From Paraspadella gotoi (taxonomy: Eukaryota; Animalia; Chaetognatha), in assembly GCA_051294375.1 (NCBI GenBank), contig CM119267.1, positions 7,323,205 through 7,387,204 on the forward strand: a DNA stretch of 64,000 nucleotides. The letters run 5' to 3'. A program made the position numbers and the translations under genes. The notes beneath the pieces are model-generated. The model had not been told where the DNA came from and made no database searches. It was given only the letters and a program-made list of their open reading frames with translations. This document shows, piece by piece, positions 59,301-64,000 of the stretch; the stretch's first letter is position 1; every line of letters begins with the position of its first letter.

Positions 59301-62300
59301 CAGCAATTCGAAACTGTAATTCAGCCGCTGTTGTGTCAAAATTAGATGGTGGAATTAATAAGCTTTCAACTTCACCACGAGAAGTTTGTGTTTTTGTAGC
59401 GGTTGGAGTTTCTGAAGATGTAACTTTTCGAGACGATTCTACAACCGCAGAATCAATTGTTTGCGTTTCAGTAGTTTTGCAACGAAATTGCACGGGTTCT
59501 TCCGGCAGAATTTTACTCTTGGGCCGTGTATTCTTTTCAGGCAAATTAATTGTCAAAAACGGAGTAGGATTGTATGGAATATTATTCGCTGTTCGTTTTC
59601 TAGCTTGCATCAAAGCAAATTCTCTCACTTTGTTTGGATTGATAACTAAACGCGATTGAACATAAGGTTTTTCTTTTTTTGTATTATTTTTTAATTGTAG
59701 AAGTGGGAGTGGTTTTGACTGCGTACTTTTTTCATTAACATTGCACGGAATACTTGGTTTTCTGGAAATAGGTGGTAATTTGATGTCGTCCATTTTAAAA
59801 TCCACATTGAACATATTGAAAAAGGGCATGGAATGCCCGTTTAAAAGTCGATCATTGTCTCTGCCTCTCACGTGAGGTGTGATTGCTGGTTGAAGTTCAA
59901 GCAACGGAAACCCATTAACCTTCATCGTTGGGCTCGGTTTTCGTGGAGGTAAGTAAATCCCAACGGACTTTTGTGACTCCATAGTTACATGACTTTCAAA
60001 TGATTTTACTATAGATTCGTCGTGAAAATCAAGCTCCGAAAATGATGAAAAAGTTGGCGAGCATTTTGCATCAACATAAGATAATTTTTTTAAACTTGAC
60101 TCATGATTTTGAGGCTCAAGTTGAACTGTCTTCGTCTCAAATTCTGTGATTGTAACGACCTCATAATTTAACACAAAACATTTTAAAACGTCTTCAAAAA
60201 AAGGTGAAGAACAATCATTTTTAAAGTCATTTTTTGTAGAGTTTAAGGTTTTTGCTTGAGTCTCTTTAATTATAGTTTTTCCAGTTTTAAATAACACTTT
60301 TTTTTTGTTTTTTCTTTTTATTGACACTGAAAAAATGAAAAATTAGGTCTTAAATATATGCATGTATAGAAAAAGAAAATATACAGACTAAAGAAACTAA
60401 AAGCAAAAAGAGAACTACATATAACTATAATTATTTCATTTACCTGATTCTTTTTTAGGGATAGGAGATATTTCACTTGTAGTTCTCAATTGGATTCTTA
60501 GATGTTTTTTTGTCGGTAGATTATTTCGGGAAAATTGAATATTTGCAAATACCAAAGGCGAAAATATTTTTAATTTTATTGCAAACGTCTTAACGCTTTG
60601 GATAAAAACGTCAGTTACGTCAGATAATTTTTGAAGGTAATTCAAGCTTTGGAGTAGTGAGCATATTCTTTTACTGGGAGATTTTATTCTTTCATGCCCA
60701 AGAGTAATTGAATATTCAATTAAAGAATAAAATGCTTTATTATCTTTAGGGAAAAATTTTAACACAGGAGTTCTTGATGACGAATGTGTTAGAATGTTTT
60801 GAGTGAATCTTGATGAAGATTTCGAGCTCATACATGTTACACCAGATTTTGAATAGAAACTCTTAATATTACCGACTCGGATAAACTCTTTACAAAATTT
60901 ATTTTTAATAATCGACCGAGTGGTTAAAAAAAAATTTATTTTGTCCCTAATTGACTGACCTGTATTATTAAATTCATTCTCATAATTATGAGGTTTTAAA
61001 AACTCAGAAAATAATATGTTTAAAGTAATTTCTGATTTTTTAAATGAGTTTGACATTATATCAAACCATTCAAACAACTGTACGAAAAAATGAGGAAATC
61101 TTTCATGGGGATACGCACCAAATGCCGTATTTTGAAACTCCGGAAAGCGAGGATCAAAAACAAAGTTTTGATACCCACGTACGCTTTTCTTTAACTGCTT
61201 CTCCTTTTTAACTTCTGTAGAACAACATTCAAGGAATACTACGTTCAAGTTTTTATCATCATCATCATCATCAGTATGGTGCGCCTTAACTTTCACAAAG
61301 GAACGCCATAGTTTCAAAACCTCTTCCAGTTTTTCTTCTACTGATGGTTCTATATCTTCTTGATCGTGAAAAACTTGGGCTAACATAACAGCCGCAGTTT
61401 TGTCATTGCCCAATAACTGAATGATTGATAATAAACACAGTTCAATCTCTGGCCTCGCTTGAATAAAAATACTAAATGGTAGAAATTGTTGAGCCCACAA
61501 AAAAGTCGCCTTTAGCAATTTTCTTTCCGAATTAATATCGATTTGCCCATGACCAAGTTTTCTTAGACAATAACTGACTTGATCTCTCACGTGAAACAAC
61601 CAAACAACAGTCAACATTGATCGATACTCGCTAAAAACCATACTAATTTCACTATTAGACCAAGAAAATTTTGATTTCTCTTTGTCGTGATTAAATTTAT
61701 CTGCATATGATTCAAGTTTTTTACTTAATTTATTATCAACTATGAAACACGTTTTCGTAAATTCCTTCATTCCATCTTTAATTGACTGAATTAAAATATG
61801 TGTGAGATTCAGACTTTGGAACAAAAAAATTATTAACCTCACAATAAATGAAACTATCTTTCTAGTTTTCGCTTCAGCGACAAACAAAGAACTCTCTACT
61901 ATATTTTCTCCGTCAGTTCCTACTATCTGTGGCATGAATACCGGCGGAGAAGGGAGATAAAATTCCGGACAGACGAAAGGCTCAATATTTGCTGAGTAAA
62001 ACAATAAAATTGACGTTAACTTTTTGAAAGTCCATGGCACGATAGGAACTCGGGCGGATTTTCCAATCAACAACAGCTCCGAAACGCGCTCAAATATTTT
62101 TTTCTCGTCTTGCTCACCCCCACTCGATGTTAATAACTCAACTGATTGCTTCAAAAGTTTTTTAACGACGTATTTTGATACTTGTAGAGAATAAAAAGAA
62201 TTGTTTTTAAGAAAGTCTGCTGCAAGCGCCACGCCGAAACTTGTTTTCCAGTCCCCAAGGCTAAACGCAAAAGCAGAAGCGTGGTCCAGTCTGCCAGTCA

Positions 62301-64000
62301 ACAGAAAAAGATCAAAGACAAGAGTACTGTCACAAACATCGCTTTTCTCCAGTTTATGTATGACACAGAAGATATATTTTGCGTCGAATCGAGACGAAGG
62401 AAAAAATAATGTCAACTGGTCCGAGTGTTGATCCTGTATATTTGAGATTAAATTTGCAATAAAGAAGACAACTGTTTTAAACAGACTCAAGTAAAGAGAG
62501 AGATTTGGTTCGGAATCTGGACGCCCCTCAGGAAAAATATTGGCGAACCACGTTTCTATGAGACTGAAGGAAATGGAAAGATCTCGATACCGGAAGCTTA
62601 CGAGCAGAAAGTTGCGTAGCTTCGCCATTTGAGAGATTAGCTGGCGAGAGTGACAGCGCTCCAGAGCACAAATCTCCTCTACATCACTAGCTTCGACTTC
62701 AATGTCGATTCCTGAGTAAAATTTCTCGAAGAATCTTAAGTTTTTTACCATTCTCGGTGATTTCACACTCAAAAAAGGATAATACCACTGAATAAAACAG
62801 AAACGTGACCTTTGATCTGACCAATCTTTTTGGCGCATTTTTATTTTCTTAGCGAATTTCGTGAGACAATTTACGACGTCGCTCGTTAAGAGTTGGGTCG
62901 AATAGCGCAAAATTTTTTCGGCTAGTTTGATCTGCAACATTAGGTGCTCGTCCAAGTTATTCTGATTCTGTTTGATAAAAACTTTGGGCATTTGAGCAAC
63001 GAGAAACAAAAAGTTCGTCTTTAAATTTCCATTTACGTCGAACAATGAAAATTGAAGAATGTCGAAGCAAGCGAGGATAGCATTTGCTCGGGTTTTAAGT
63101 AGATGGCGAATCGCTTTAACTGTCCTTCGACACAAAATGTCGGCCAAGTTCGCCATCTCTCTGGTCCAAGTTTCGTTCGATGGGTAACTAGCCAACAGGC
63201 CCCAGGCTGACTTAATCGGACCAAAGACTCGATCTTCCTCCAAAAATAAGTAGTGCGCCGAAACGTCAACGATCGATTGGCAGAGAGGCGTCGACACCAT
63301 CGAGGATCGCGCCAAGGAACCCGTCGTCTTCGAAGTCTCGCTTAACTCTGATGCGGTAGAGATCTCGTTGGTTTTAACCGAAATCGCTTCAGTCTTATCG
63401 TCGGCGCAGAGCTTTTCCACGATATCAAGCATCTCCCGCCGCGAGTGGGCCAATGCCTCTAACGCCTCTTCACCCTCCGATCCCGCCTTTCGACGGAGCG
63501 CCATTTCTTTGACAGCGGCGTCGATCTTTTCTGCCACTAAGGACGCCCGGAAAAAAGCGTCACCGCGACAAGGAGCGCCGTGACGCATAAGGACCGTCAC
63601 CATGTAACCGTCAGAGACGAGAAGCAAAGACGGGTCTCGTGGATGTACGCTGACGCAGTATAGTTGGCGTCGAGGTCGGGTCGGGACATGCGATGGGGGG
63701 ACCTCTTCCCCACGATGATCCTCTTCTTTAACGACAAGGGGATGTAGGCAAAGAAACGGCGCCGGTCCCAAACCAATCAATTGGCCTTCCGATCGCAGCA
63801 TCAGCGGCTCCCCTAATGGCGTTAACACAAACAGCGATCCCTGTCTCGTGAGAACTAAAAGAAGCAGAGAATCCACCGTCCACTTCATATCCGTCGTCCA
63901 AAACCAACGATGATTCCATGACATCGGACTAGGCGCCCCGGAGCCAATCAATCGAGTCTCGACGGCGCCGCGATTCCAAGGACAAGTGAGAAATAAAACG
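56363..64000 (-). CDS. CPLANE1: Ciliogenesis and planar polarity effector 1 (C5orf42/JBTS17). The 5' end lies outside the window and there is an apparent frameshift at ~58395.
   Basis: GPAPFLCLHPLV, VSDGYMVTVL, LGDWKTS, FYLPSPPVFMPQ and C-terminal IDWDFIDNLIA match recalled CPLANE1 motifs. Exons 60444+, 60326-57567 and three small 3' exons. Confidence 0.85.

Overview
Eukaryotic (compact invertebrate-type animal) genomic DNA, with short GT-AG introns, CpG-rich exons and AT-rich introns. The species cannot be determined from this window. Plus strand: the 3' end of a ShK-domain gene, a NIT-domain receptor guanylate cyclase and PYCR. From 12.5 kb to the window end, 16 consecutive genes lie on the minus strand. 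Listed left to right: OGFOD3, an orphan mitochondrial-type membrane ORF, TOLLIP, ADA, CIAO2B, WDR74, a BRCT-less BRCA1-like RING protein, PDSS2, an Asteroid/FAM120-type nuclease fused to a DEAH helicase, an orphan membrane protein, three selenocysteine GPx4-like genes each with a SECIS, WASHC3, ARL6IP1 and CPLANE1. Stop-to-ATG gaps are as short as 78-140 nt, and most start codons have an apparently unpaired 3' splice acceptor upstream, suggesting operons resolved by spliced-leader trans-splicing. Other highlights are a membrane-anchored Sec-GPx, the nuclease-helicase fusion, and an unidentified structured element found in sense orientation in introns of three unrelated genes. Several non-autonomous transposons are present. 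Gene models were assembled by eye, gene names come from recalled family motifs rather than database searches, and CDS spans include introns.
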